Shown in pieces: positions 30,570 through 39,770 of a stretch of DNA of 64,000 bases (position 1 is its first letter; each line of letters starts with the position of its first letter). Source of the stretch: Methanothrix sp. (lineage in GTDB: Archaea > Halobacteriota > Methanosarcinia > Methanotrichales > Methanotrichaceae). The notes below the pieces were generated by a model. It saw nothing but the letters and a program-made list of their open reading frames with translations. It made no database searches and had not been told where the DNA came from. The stretch covers positions 2,912,001-2,976,000 of the forward strand of contig OY821645.1 in the NCBI GenBank assembly GCA_963682135.1, written 5' to 3'. The position numbers and the translations under genes were made by a program.

Positions 30570-31293
30570 GTGCCCGCAGGGCCCTTAGAGTGCGGCGTAC
30601 GGAGAGCTTGCCGGTGTAGATGGCAGTTCCCGCCACAGCGCCGCCGGTTCCAGCCTCTCGCAGTGCCAGGACGTCTTCAACGGATGTAACTCCGCCTGCT
30701 GCCACTACCGGGATCTGCAGGGCTTGCACCAGGTCGCGCGTCGGCTCCAGATCGATGCCTTTTTGCTGTCCTTCCACATCGATATTGGTAAAGAGAATAG
30801 AGCCGGCTCCCTTCTCCTCAAAGAGCCGGCCCAGTTCTACTGCCTTCTTTCCCAGCGTCCTCTGCCAGCCCTCCGTGGTCACATCACCACGCCGCACATC
30901 CAGGGCCACCATAATTCTCTCCCGACCGTGGCGATCGGCCAGGCGAGAGACCATATCCGGATCTTTCAGGGCGGCAGTTCCCAGTATGGCCCGATCCACG
31001 CCTAGATCGAGGATAGTCGAGACATCCTCCTCTGTGCGGATGCCGCCTCCTACTTGAATAAACAGGTCCAGCTCTTTCACAATCTGGCTTAGGATGGATG
31101 CGTTGACTCGTTTTCCCAAGATCGCTCCGTCCAGATCGATGATATGCAGATGGTCCGCGCCCTCTGCCACCCAGCGTTCTGCCTGGGCCAGTGGATTGTC
31201 CAGGGCCACGACCTCGGTGCCAGGCACGCCGCCGATGAGCTGTACGCACTTGCCGCCACGCAGATCCACCGCAGGAAAGAATGAAAAAGTCAT
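30553..31293 (-). CDS. hisA: ProFAR isomerase
   Basis: PAVDLRGGKCVQL, HIIDLDGA, QVGGGIR. Confidence 0.92.
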   Translation of the reverse strand: MTFSFFPAVDLRGGKCVQLIGGVPGTEVVALDNPLAQAERWVAEGADHLHIIDLDGAILGKRVNASILSQIVKELDLFIQVGGGIRTEEDVSTILDLGVDRAILGTAALKDPDMVSRLADRHGRERIMVALDVRRGDVTTEGWQRTLGKKAVELGRLFEEKGAGSILFTNIDVEGQQKGIDLEPTRDLVQALQIPVVAAGGVTSVEDVLALREAGTGGAVAGTAIYTGKLSVRRTLRALRALDEAT

Positions 31294-31414
31294 GCCAACT
31301 GTTTTGCAGCAAATAGACCTTAACAGTTTCGATTCTTCTTAGAAAAAAAGGGTGTTGGGATTTTAGATTGCCTTCAGATTGCTTATGCCAGGTTTCGGAT
31401 TATCAAGTCCGCAG

Positions 31415-31642
31415 TTATGCCAGGCGACCCCTGAGGAATCGCGCTGCAGCAATTAGCGCGCCGCCGGCAAATGCAAATTCGAAGCCCGGCACGCTATTTT
31501 CTTTTTCTTCATCATCTGAATTGCCTTCGCCAGCTTCATTCTCATCGGCCTCTTTGCCCTCATCGTCATCGGCATAAACCGGTACCGAGCATGCCATGAT
31601 CATGAAGATGGCAGCGAGCAGAATTATGAGAGTCTTTTTCAT
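31415..31642 (-). CDS. Small acidic PGF-CTERM (archaeosortase substrate) protein
   Basis: Signal peptide, acidic linker, VPGFE + TM helix + basic tail. Confidence 0.75.
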   Translation of the reverse strand: MKKTLIILLAAIFMIMACSVPVYADDDEGKEADENEAGEGNSDDEEKENSVPGFEFAFAGGALIAAARFLRGRLA

Positions 31643-31743
31643 TTCTTTCACCCAACTGTAGTTCCTATTCATTGTATATTTGATTTTAGGTCCGCGAAAG
31701 AGTGAGCCAATAAGATGTCTAGCATAATATTATATATGTTTAG

Positions 31744-32988
31744 GACGGAATCAGGGCTAATCTCCGCCTTTTCAAAGGCGGGATACAGCCCGTACCTATC
31801 GAAAGATATGTAAACTAATTGAACTAATAGCAAAGCAGAAAGGTGAAGTAAACCATTGAGAGTGTTTCGATATAGACTTAAGCCAACAAAAGCTCAAGTA
31901 ACCAAGCTGAATGAGCAACTAGAGCTTTGCCGATGGGTCTATAACGAAACGTTGGCTATGCGAAAGAATGCCTTTGAACAAGATGGGAAGTCTGTAAGCT
32001 ACTTTGAATCCAAGAGGATGCTACCGATCTGGAAAGAGATGAAGCAGGAACTGAAAACCGTTCATTCTCAGGTATTGCAGGACGTGGTTCTGAGGGTTAA
32101 CCTCGCATTCAGAGCCTTCTTCAAACGGGTTCAATCTGGCGAAGAAGAAGTTGGTTATCCTCGCTTCAAGGGAAAGAACAGATACGATAGCATCAGTTAT
32201 CCACAGAGTGGCTTCTACATAGATGGCAACGTGATTTGGTTATCCAAGATTGGTGATATCAAATTCAAGTTGCATCGCCCCATTGATGGATGCATTAAGA
32301 GACTGACCATCCGAAGATCATCAACCAAAAAATGGTATGGATCTTTCCTGGTTGAAGATGCCCAAAATCACATTCTGCAACCCTCTGATGAGATGGTCGG
32401 CGTGGACATGGGTATCAAGAACTTCGCTGTGCTTTCCAATGGCGAGTTCATCGAGAATCCTAAATTCCTCCTAGCTGATGAAGAAAGACTCAAGAAGGCT
32501 CAAAGCAAACGTGACAAGCTGCCAAAAGGATCTGCCAATAGAAGGAAAGCAAGCAAAATTGTAAGTCATCTGCACGAAAGGGTAACCAATCATAGAGAGA
32601 ACTTTGCCCAACAACTGAGCCGAGAATGGATCAACAAATATGGAATAATAGCATTTGAAGACCTGAATATAATCAAAATGGTTCATAATCACAACCTAGC
32701 GAAGAGCATATTGGATGCTGCTTGGAATAAACTGGTACAATATACTTCATACAAAGCGGAAGATGCTGGTAGGAAAGTAGTATTGGTTAATCCTGCAAAT
32801 ACATCTCAGATATGCTCAAGCTGTGGTCAAATAGTCAAAAAGGATCTATCTATCAGAGTCCATAATTGTCCTTATTGTGGATTATCGATAGATAGAGATC
32901 TCAATGCTGCTCTTAATATCGCAAGACTGGGGCTACAGTCTTTGGCATCAGCCTAGATGCCCGCCAATTCATTTGCGGGAGTGGTCAC
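31744..32988 (+). mobile_element. tnpB-only IS200/IS605 (IS1341-type) element
   Basis: Left hairpin TCCGCCTT-TTCA-AAGGCGGG (31763-31782), right hairpin CCCGCCAA-TTCA-TTTGCGGG (32960-32979), terminal TCAC at 32985-32988, TTAG immediately 5' of 31744. Confidence 0.8.
31856..32956 (+). CDS. tnpB: TnpB RNA-guided endonuclease
   Basis: RuvC D/E/D intact (GVDMG, AFEDL, DRDLNAA); CxxC..CxxC zinc finger. Confidence 0.93.
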   Translation: MRVFRYRLKPTKAQVTKLNEQLELCRWVYNETLAMRKNAFEQDGKSVSYFESKRMLPIWKEMKQELKTVHSQVLQDVVLRVNLAFRAFFKRVQSGEEEVGYPRFKGKNRYDSISYPQSGFYIDGNVIWLSKIGDIKFKLHRPIDGCIKRLTIRRSSTKKWYGSFLVEDAQNHILQPSDEMVGVDMGIKNFAVLSNGEFIENPKFLLADEERLKKAQSKRDKLPKGSANRRKASKIVSHLHERVTNHRENFAQQLSREWINKYGIIAFEDLNIIKMVHNHNLAKSILDAAWNKLVQYTSYKAEDAGRKVVLVNPANTSQICSSCGQIVKKDLSIRVHNCPYCGLSIDRDLNAALNIARLGLQSLASA

Positions 32989-32993
32989 TTGAT

Positions 32994-34895
32994 ATGAAAG
33001 ACAAAAAGCTATTAGAAGAGTTTAGGAAGATTCATCCTGAAAAGTTCGCATCAGAGGATGAGATCTTCTCTCACATCCATGCCGGCGACCGCATCTTCAT
33101 CGGCACGGGCTGCGGCGAGCCGCAGTATCTGGTCTTAGCCTTGGTAAATTACGTCAAGAACCATCCCAAGGCCTTCTTCGATGCCGAGTTGATTCACGTT
33201 TGGACGCTGGGGGTCGCGCCTTACACCGATGAGAAGCTTCAGGAGAACTTCCGGCTCGACTCCTTCTTTGTGGGCGACAGCACCAGAAATTCCGTCAACC
33301 GCGGCGCTGCCGACTACACACCTGTCTTCCTCTCCCAGGTTCCCGACCTCTTCCGCTCAGAGCTCATACCGGTGGATGTGGCCCTCATCCAGACCTCTCT
33401 GCCCGACAAGCACGGCTATTTGAGCCTGGGAATCAGCGTGGATGTGGTCCAATCAGCCGTCGAGATGGCTGAGCTGGTGGTGGCTCAGGTCAATACGAAT
33501 ATGCCTCGCACCCACGGTGACGGTTTCATAAATATTAAAGACATTGATTACATTCTGCCTCATGACGAGCCTCTGCTGGAATATTCGGTCAAAGCGCCAA
33601 ATGACATTGTGCAGAGCATCGGAAGATATGTAGCCCGCATCATCGAAGACGGCTCGACCATCCAGGTGGGCTACGGGCTGATCCCGGATGCAGTAGTTCC
33701 CAATTTGATGGATAAAAAGGATCTGGGAGTTCATACCGAGCTGCTCAGCGACGGCATTGTCAATCTCATGAAGAGAGGGGTTGTCACCAATCGCAAGAAG
33801 ACCCACAACCCCGGCAAGACCATCGCCTCCTTTTGTATGGGAAGCCGTGACACCTACGATTTCCTGGACGAGAATCCCGCTGTGGAATTCAAACGGATCG
33901 ATTACACCAACCATCCCCTCATCATTGCCCGCAACCGGCTCATGACTGCTATCAACAGCGCTATGGAGTTGGATCTGACCGGTCAGGCCACGGCAGAGTC
34001 GCTGGGCGGAACCTTCTACAGCGGCATCGGCGGACAGGCGGATTTCATGCGGGGAGCAGTTCTGGCTCCGGGAGGAAAGACCATCCTGGCTCTGCCCTCC
34101 ACTGCTTTGAATGAGAGCGTCTCTCGAATTGTTCCCACGCTTCAGGATGGGGCGGGAGCCACCCTGAACCGGGGAGATATTCGCTATGTAGTAACTGAAT
34201 ATGGCATTGCCTATCTGCACGGCAAGAACATTCGGGAGAGAGCCATGGATCTCATCGCCATCGCTCATCCTAAATTTCGGCCCTGGCTTATGGAGACAGC
34301 CCGCAAGAGGGCTCTCATCTACAAAGATCAGGTCTTCATTCCCGGAGAGAAGGGAATCTATCCAGAGGAGCTGGAGATCTACAGGACCACCCGCAAAGGA
34401 CTCAATCTGCTTATGCGGCCTGCCAAGATCACGGACGAGTCGCTGCTAAAAGACTTCTTTTATGATCTATCAGAGGATAGCCTTTACAAGCGTTTCTTCT
34501 CGGTTCGAAAAGACATGCCTCACAAGAGGCTGCAGGATTTCGTGGCTGTGGACTACAGCAAAAAGATGGAGATATTAGCCACGATTGTGGAGAAGGAAAA
34601 AGAGATCATTATCGGCCTGGGTCAGTATGAGCTTAATTCGGATATGCATTCGGCAGAGGTCGCCATGGTGGTAAGCGACAAGTTCCAGGGGCTGGGCATA
34701 GGCAGAGAGCTTCTTTCCTATCTAATCTATCTGGCAAAAAGGCAGGGATTGCTCGGGTTTACAGGAGAGGTGCTGGTGGAAAATAGATCTATGGTGGGCC
34801 TCTTCGAGAAGATGGGATTTGATACCGAGAAGAGGAGCGAAGAGGAGGTTTATGAGATGCGCATGTGGTTTAGCAGAAGAGGGGAGCGGGAATAG
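32994..34895 (+). CDS. Acetyl-CoA hydrolase/transferase fused to a C-terminal GNAT domain
   Basis: IFIGTGCGEPQ, LGVHTELLSDG, SGIGGQADF, YVVTEYG; GNAT motif FQGLGIG. Confidence 0.88.
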   Translation: MKDKKLLEEFRKIHPEKFASEDEIFSHIHAGDRIFIGTGCGEPQYLVLALVNYVKNHPKAFFDAELIHVWTLGVAPYTDEKLQENFRLDSFFVGDSTRNSVNRGAADYTPVFLSQVPDLFRSELIPVDVALIQTSLPDKHGYLSLGISVDVVQSAVEMAELVVAQVNTNMPRTHGDGFINIKDIDYILPHDEPLLEYSVKAPNDIVQSIGRYVARIIEDGSTIQVGYGLIPDAVVPNLMDKKDLGVHTELLSDGIVNLMKRGVVTNRKKTHNPGKTIASFCMGSRDTYDFLDENPAVEFKRIDYTNHPLIIARNRLMTAINSAMELDLTGQATAESLGGTFYSGIGGQADFMRGAVLAPGGKTILALPSTALNESVSRIVPTLQDGAGATLNRGDIRYVVTEYGIAYLHGKNIRERAMDLIAIAHPKFRPWLMETARKRALIYKDQVFIPGEKGIYPEELEIYRTTRKGLNLLMRPAKITDESLLKDFFYDLSEDSLYKRFFSVRKDMPHKRLQDFVAVDYSKKMEILATIVEKEKEIIIGLGQYELNSDMHSAEVAMVVSDKFQGLGIGRELLSYLIYLAKRQGLLGFTGEVLVENRSMVGLFEKMGFDTEKRSEEEVYEMRMWFSRRGERE

Positions 34896-34910
34896 CGGAG
34901 TGGACGGAAT

Positions 34911-35495
34911 ATGAGAAAGCTCATAATAATAAGAATCGTGCATGCTCCTACTGACATGGGCTCTGCAGGAGCAGGGCTGGAAAAGGCAGGCATATCAACT
35001 CTGGGAAAGCAGCGCTGGCTGGAAAACCAGAAGAAGATCGAGAACTTCTGGCTGGAACTGGAAAAAGAGGTGGACGATATGGGCCTGGATATGGAGAAGC
35101 TGCGCATCTACCAGGACGGCCTGCCCTGCGCCGGGGCTCTCGGGGAGCGAATTGTGCGGGAGACGGCAGCCAAAGGCAGCAAAAACTATCAGATTGTGCA
35201 AAAGCTGATGGAGAGGGGCGCCAGTATCGAGGCGACGGAGAGCCCTGATCTGCTTCGCCGGGAGTACGGCTACATCAAAGCGCTCCTGGAAGCCAAGAGC
35301 AATGAAGAGAGACGGGCGGCTGAGGAGCGATACAACCAGGTTAAAGATAAGCTTCTGGAGGAGAGAGATCAATTCATCGCTCGGGCCATTGATGCCACTC
35401 TGGCGGAGGGAGAGACGGGTCTGCTCTTCATCGGAGCCTCGCATAACGTGCTCCCCAAGATAGCTGGTGATATTGAGGTGAAGTGCCTGGATTAG
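34911..35495 (+). CDS. Conserved hypothetical protein
   Basis: 194 aa, HAPTDMGS, IYQDGLP, LFIGASH. Confidence 0.75.
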   Translation: MRKLIIIRIVHAPTDMGSAGAGLEKAGISTLGKQRWLENQKKIENFWLELEKEVDDMGLDMEKLRIYQDGLPCAGALGERIVRETAAKGSKNYQIVQKLMERGASIEATESPDLLRREYGYIKALLEAKSNEERRAAEERYNQVKDKLLEERDQFIARAIDATLAEGETGLLFIGASHNVLPKIAGDIEVKCLD

Positions 35496-35516
35496 GCGGA
35501 TTGGAATGGAATACGA

Positions 35517-35590
35517 GTCAACTACTCGCCAATGAATTGGCGAGCTTGCCTCTACGCAAAAAGTCGCGAGGCGTAAGGGTGGCTGACTCT
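35517..35590 (-). mobile_element. Orphan right end / omegaRNA remnant of a second IS200/IS605 element
   Basis: Minus strand: GTCAGC...CAAG-CTCGCCAA-TTCA-TTGGCGAG-TAGTTGAC; same TTCA-loop hairpin style as 32960. Confidence 0.7.
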
Positions 35591-35831
35591 TCATGCTGAC
35601 TGCATTGTGGCGGGCTCTACCGCTGGCACCCCACCTATCCAGAGAAGCATCCTCTGTCATACTATCAGCTAGACCAGTTACCCGGTCTCATGCTCTGGAA
35701 AGGCTGTTTTGTCCCCCAGCGTCTGAGCGATTTGGTGATGAAGCTGTTTTATCCCTACAAAATGAGGGTGCCCTACCGTTTCAGGTACCGCTCTGCCTGA
35801 TCATGCAAAACACACATCGGGAGGTAGATTT

Positions 35832-36698
35832 GTGAGCATAAATAACTTACGGCGGGGTACGCTCCTCCTGCCACTGAAGAGACAGGAATCCGCTACCCCT
35901 GCATCCCAACGAGTCTTGAAGCCCACTACTGCCAGATATGCCATAGCTGCCTGGAGGCCGGTGCACCTCACCGATACCATAATGCTGGCGGACAGAGTCC
36001 ATGAGGCTCTGGTCAGCCTCTCCGATGGCTCAAGCGTCTTTACCGGTTGCGACAGTCACCGAGATCCGCTGCACGGGAACAGGCATGCCTATATCTTTTG
36101 CGAATCGAATAGCGGGCCGGAAAAGGGCGATGGCGGGGAGATCACTCACATCGTCGTTTACGCACCAATGGGCTTTGAGTTGGGTGATCTGAAGGCCCTG
36201 GAGGATCTGAAGGAGATCTGGGGAGAGAATGATCTCCGTGGTTTAGTGACTTTGCAGGGATTTGGCCGGCCTGAGGATTTTGCCGGAAAGGATGCAGAGC
36301 ATGCTTTCTGCCCTCTGCTGTCCAGGTCGCAGGTCTGGGTATCTCGCACTCCATTCATCCCCACCCGGCATCCCAAGGTCACCAGAGCTGGCGCTCTCAA
36401 GCTGGATGCGACAGGCCTGCAGATAGGGTCTCCTGAGCACGAAGTCAGAAGGCTTCTCGAGCTGGAGCAGCTGCCTGAGATCACATCGGTCGAGCCGATT
36501 GCAGATACCCTTCTGGGAAAATCGCAGACTGGATGGTCAAGCTTCAGATTGCTGAGAGACAAAGGCCGGGGCAGGCGGGCAGGATGCTGGGGTTATGGAT
36601 TTAGAATTGTTTTTTCTCAGCCGGTGCAGGGGCCTGTGGCAGTCGGGTATGGCGCACATTTCGGCATGGGGCTGTTTGTGCCTGAGGTAGTCAGGTGA
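35832..36698 (+). CDS. csb2: Stand-alone Cas6-like C-terminal half of type I-G (I-U) Csb2
   Basis: HRDPLHGNRHAYI, WVSRTPFIPTRH, G-loop GPVAVGYGAHFGMGLF; 288 aa, no Cas5 half; own RBS GGGAGG. Confidence 0.8.
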   Translation: MSINNLRRGTLLLPLKRQESATPASQRVLKPTTARYAIAAWRPVHLTDTIMLADRVHEALVSLSDGSSVFTGCDSHRDPLHGNRHAYIFCESNSGPEKGDGGEITHIVVYAPMGFELGDLKALEDLKEIWGENDLRGLVTLQGFGRPEDFAGKDAEHAFCPLLSRSQVWVSRTPFIPTRHPKVTRAGALKLDATGLQIGSPEHEVRRLLELEQLPEITSVEPIADTLLGKSQTGWSSFRLLRDKGRGRRAGCWGYGFRIVFSQPVQGPVAVGYGAHFGMGLFVPEVVR

Positions 36699-36807
36699 AC
36701 CAGATAGTGGATGCAGCTTTAGAGCAGTCCGGGCAGGGAGGAGAGAAGAATGAACTGGATTGAGATAGTCTCTTTGCTGGCCAGCTTTGCTTCAATTTTG
36801 TGAGACC

Positions 36808-36924
36808 ACTCACCCGCTCTTTGGATACAAAATTAGCTACAGGAGAGTCCTGGAGGTGTCGCGACTTTTAGCCAGAGTTCTCTCCGGGGAGATTGAGGAG
36901 TATCCGGCATTCTGCACAAGGTGA
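36808..36924 (+). pseudogene. cas1: 3' remnant of type I-G cas1 (cas4-cas1)
   Basis: Translates [38 protein letters not shown], the characteristic I-G Cas1 C-terminus; no upstream ORF. Confidence 0.8.
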
Positions 36925-36949
36925 TCGGCATAAACATAAAGTGATTTGC

Positions 36950-37246
36950 ATGAGTGGGCTGCAGAGCTATGTGATAAGCTATGATATAATGGAGCCGAGA
37001 AGGCTCGTAGAGGTGCATAAGACCATGATGGGCTACGGCCAGCCGCTTCACTATTCCGTCTTCCGCTGCGACCTGAATTCAAAGGGCATGAATGCTATGG
37101 TTGCTGATCTGGATAGAATAATCAATCACAAGGAGGACAGGATAATGATCATTGACATGGGGCCGGCTGAAGGCCGGGTGGATGAGAAGATCAGGTTCTT
37201 GGGAATAAAGCAGAAGTGGGAGAATCACAGGGCCAGGATCTTCTAA
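36950..37246 (+). CDS. cas2: CRISPR-associated Cas2
   Basis: YVISYDI...R...HYSVFRCDL...EDRIMIIDMG. Confidence 0.9.
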   Translation: MSGLQSYVISYDIMEPRRLVEVHKTMMGYGQPLHYSVFRCDLNSKGMNAMVADLDRIINHKEDRIMIIDMGPAEGRVDEKIRFLGIKQKWENHRARIF

Positions 37247-37369
37247 TCAGTTGGAGGCAAAGAATAAATAGAAAGAGAGCGAAACAAATGCAAAGCTCTG
37301 CAAATTAAAAACCCTGCCAAGCCGGGGCCGTCCAACAGAGGGATGGATCTGAGCCTTAATCCCATTAGA

Positions 37370-37564
37370 AGCTAAAGCTTTTATATGAGATCTTTTGCGA
37401 GCGCCTCATTTATCCCCAAGACCCCAGGGGGTGCTCGCAGAGCCCATGCATATTGAAAGTGACCCTAAAATACAAAAATTTTAGAAGTATTTTGGGGCAA
37501 AAAGGGGAGGTGCTCGCAAATCGAGGAGAAATCCAATGCAGGCACAGTCCCGAAATGATACCCT
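37370..37564 (+). promoter_or_regulatory. CRISPR leader
   Basis: TATA-like TTTTATAT near 37379; motifs TGCGAGCGCC (37396) and GGTGCTCGCA (37430, 37509). Confidence 0.65.
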
Positions 37565-38450
37565 ATTTCCATTTCTGAAAAGAAGTGGCTCCATTGAAAC
37601 TGGCTTCAATCGGCCTTAAGTGTTTTCCCTGCAGCCACATTTCCATTTCTGAAAAGAAGTGGCTCCATTGAAACCCCTGTGGAGACAATGTAGTGGCCAA
37701 CGCAAATCGATTAATTTCCATTTCTGAAAAGAAGTGGCTCCATTGAAACCAGATAGCTGGAAACCGTAATTTACTGCCCCGGCTGGCATTTCCATTTCTG
37801 AAAAGAAGTGGCTCCATTGAAACCAGATAGCTGGAAACCGTAATTTACTGCCCCGGCTGGCATTTCCATTTCTGAAAAGAAGTGGCTCCATTGAAACCGC
37901 ACAAAAAGATAATGTATGAGATATAACAGTTGGTACAGTTGATTTCCATTTCTGAAAAGAAGTGGCTCCATTGAAACTCATTCTATTTTCATCATCGTTC
38001 CAAACAATGGACTCATACCATTTCCATTTCTGAAAAGAAGTGGCTCCATTGAAACGCTGTTTCATCGCTCTCTCCATTTTTTCGCAAGGAATACCAAATA
38101 TTTCCATTTCTAAAAAGAAGTGGCTCCATTGAAACACCTCTTTGATTGTATTTTCTCCACCACCCCTTAAATGCTCATTTCCATTTCTGAAAAGAAGTGG
38201 CTCCATTGAAACGCGCGAACAGCAGAATCAAAATCTTATATTCGTCTCTCACATTTCCATTTCTGAAAAGAAGTGGCTCCATTGAAACTCAATTGCGTCC
38301 TTGTTTTTTGTTGTGGTCATAACATCCTCTCCAATTTCCATTTCTGAAAAGAAGTGGCACCATTGAAACAAGCAAAGCTCTTCTCGCGGCTCATCAACTT
38401 TTTCTTTAGCCTAATTTCCATTTCTGAAAAGACGTGGCTCAAATTGAGAC
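37565..38450 (+). CRISPR. CRISPR array, 12 repeats / 11 spacers
   Basis: 36-bp repeat ATTTCCATTTCTGAAAAGAAGTGGCTCCATTGAAAC; spacers 38-45 nt; degenerate last repeat at 38414 sets orientation +. Confidence 0.97.
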
Positions 38451-38585
38451 GCCATAGATACTCGCAGCAACCCAGAACGGCCCAGCCCACAGGCGGCAGG
38501 CCTGGGGCGAGAGCCGAAAGACGGGCAAAGCCGCCATTCACTCATAGCCGATACATTTTTAGCTTTGGTGTACCATGGTTAACTC

Positions 38586-38930
38586 ATGAGTGCTTCCGAT
38601 AAGACGATTTCTTCTCCTGCAACGGTATCGATTGGAGCAAAAATAACTCCCGTGCAGGCCAGGCAAATCAGAGAGTTGATTGAAGCTGGGGCTTTTATTA
38701 ACGAGTCGGACTTCGTAAGAGATGCCATTCGCCACAGGCTGACGGAAATAAAGGTCATCAAGTGCCGGGATATCGACTACGATACCGCCAGAAAGGAAGT
38801 CGAAGGCTATTTCAAGCGTCGTGGAGAGGCATTTCCGGATGAAGCTGCTGAAGATCTGGAGCTTGACTTCGATCTTGTGATGAGAATCACACAGGAGCTG
38901 AGAAAAGAAGGCACATTGGAGGAAGCCTGA
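38586..38930 (+). CDS. RHH/CopG-like DNA-binding protein with C-terminal wHTH-like part
   Basis: IRELIEAGAFINESDFVRDAIR. Confidence 0.75.
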   Translation: MSASDKTISSPATVSIGAKITPVQARQIRELIEAGAFINESDFVRDAIRHRLTEIKVIKCRDIDYDTARKEVEGYFKRRGEAFPDEAAEDLELDFDLVMRITQELRKEGTLEEA

Positions 38931-39121
38931 TGGACTATTACGAAATTGGAGATACCATTCATGGGTCTAAGATCTATGTAGAGGCCAGGAAGATCGAAGG
39001 CTACAGAGTAATAGTAAAAACAGGGAGACATAAGGCTCAGAGCGTTACGCTTATCGAAAATGCTAAGGCAGTCGTTGTTAAAAAATTAAAGTATGCTGCA
39101 AAGAAGCCAAACGAGCCTTAA
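38930..39121 (+). CDS. Small basic hypothetical protein (possible toxin fragment)
   Basis: TGATG-coupled to the RHH gene. Confidence 0.45.
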   Translation: MDYYEIGDTIHGSKIYVEARKIEGYRVIVKTGRHKAQSVTLIENAKAVVVKKLKYAAKKPNEP

Positions 39122-39173
39122 GATTGAGATGGTAACTTCATTTACTATGTGCACTTATTAACCATAGAAACAA

Positions 39174-39398
39174 ATGCTAGGAACCAGGAGATTAGATAAT
39201 CAAATGTTCTCAGATAGTCTAAAGGCAAAAGAGGCTGTAACTGTTGATGAGGACGAAGTGTTGCTGAACCTTGAAGAAGCCAAAAAGCTCAAGGAATTTG
39301 AGGCCCATATTAAAAAATCGATTCAGCAGTTTGAGTCAGGCCTTGGCAGAACCTTTGACGATAAAGATGATTTTCTCAACTATCTTAGAAATCTCTAG
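39174..39398 (+). CDS. Small antitoxin-like protein
   Basis: C-terminus SIQQFESGLGRTFDDKDDFLNYLRNL resembles RelB-type antitoxins. Confidence 0.5.
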   Translation: MLGTRRLDNQMFSDSLKAKEAVTVDEDEVLLNLEEAKKLKEFEAHIKKSIQQFESGLGRTFDDKDDFLNYLRNL

Positions 39399-39509
39399 CT
39401 CTTCTAATTCAGTTCCAGAAGCTGCAAGTGGAGGATACGAAGGTGAGCGGAAGAAAATATAAAACTATGAAAAAATTATGAGTCTGACGACTCTGCTCAA
39501 AAAATGCGG

Positions 39510-39770
39510 CTATCTGCCGCAGCAGGGCGCAGTGTTTATCGTGCAGGAACCCTGGCCTGTGCAAGATGAGCCGCAGCCGGACTGGGGGCAGCTGGCCGCG
39601 CAGGAGGATGCTCCTTCAGCTCCAAGCGCGCATGGTCCGGTGCAGTTCTCCTGGCACCCCGTCTGCCCGCATGATTCATTGCTGGGGCAAACGCATGATC
39701 CAGCTTGTCCGAGAGACAATCCAATTCCTGCAAGCAGCAGGATAATTGATACAATTGCGAGTTTCTTCAT
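39510..39770 (-). CDS. Small secreted Cys-rich protein (13 Cys)
   Basis: Signal peptide followed by a metallothionein-like composition. Confidence 0.7.
   Translation of the reverse strand: MKKLAIVSIILLLAGIGLSLGQAGSCVCPSNESCGQTGCQENCTGPCALGAEGASSCAASCPQSGCGSSCTGQGSCTINTAPCCGR

Noticed and set aside
32904-32993. N-terminal extension of the acyl-CoA hydrolase ORF
   Set aside because: Lies inside the IS right end; the real start is likely 32994.
35593-35835. 80-aa ORF as the missing Cas5 half of Csb2
   Set aside because: Lacks the EWPPSP-type motif and overlaps the IS remnant.
37601-38413. Self-targeting spacers
   Set aside because: No match noticed within the window by eye; needs a genome-wide blastn.
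37563-38541. Minus-strand ORFs with repeated MEPLLFRNGN / FNGATSFQKWK
   Set aside because: Translations of CRISPR repeats.
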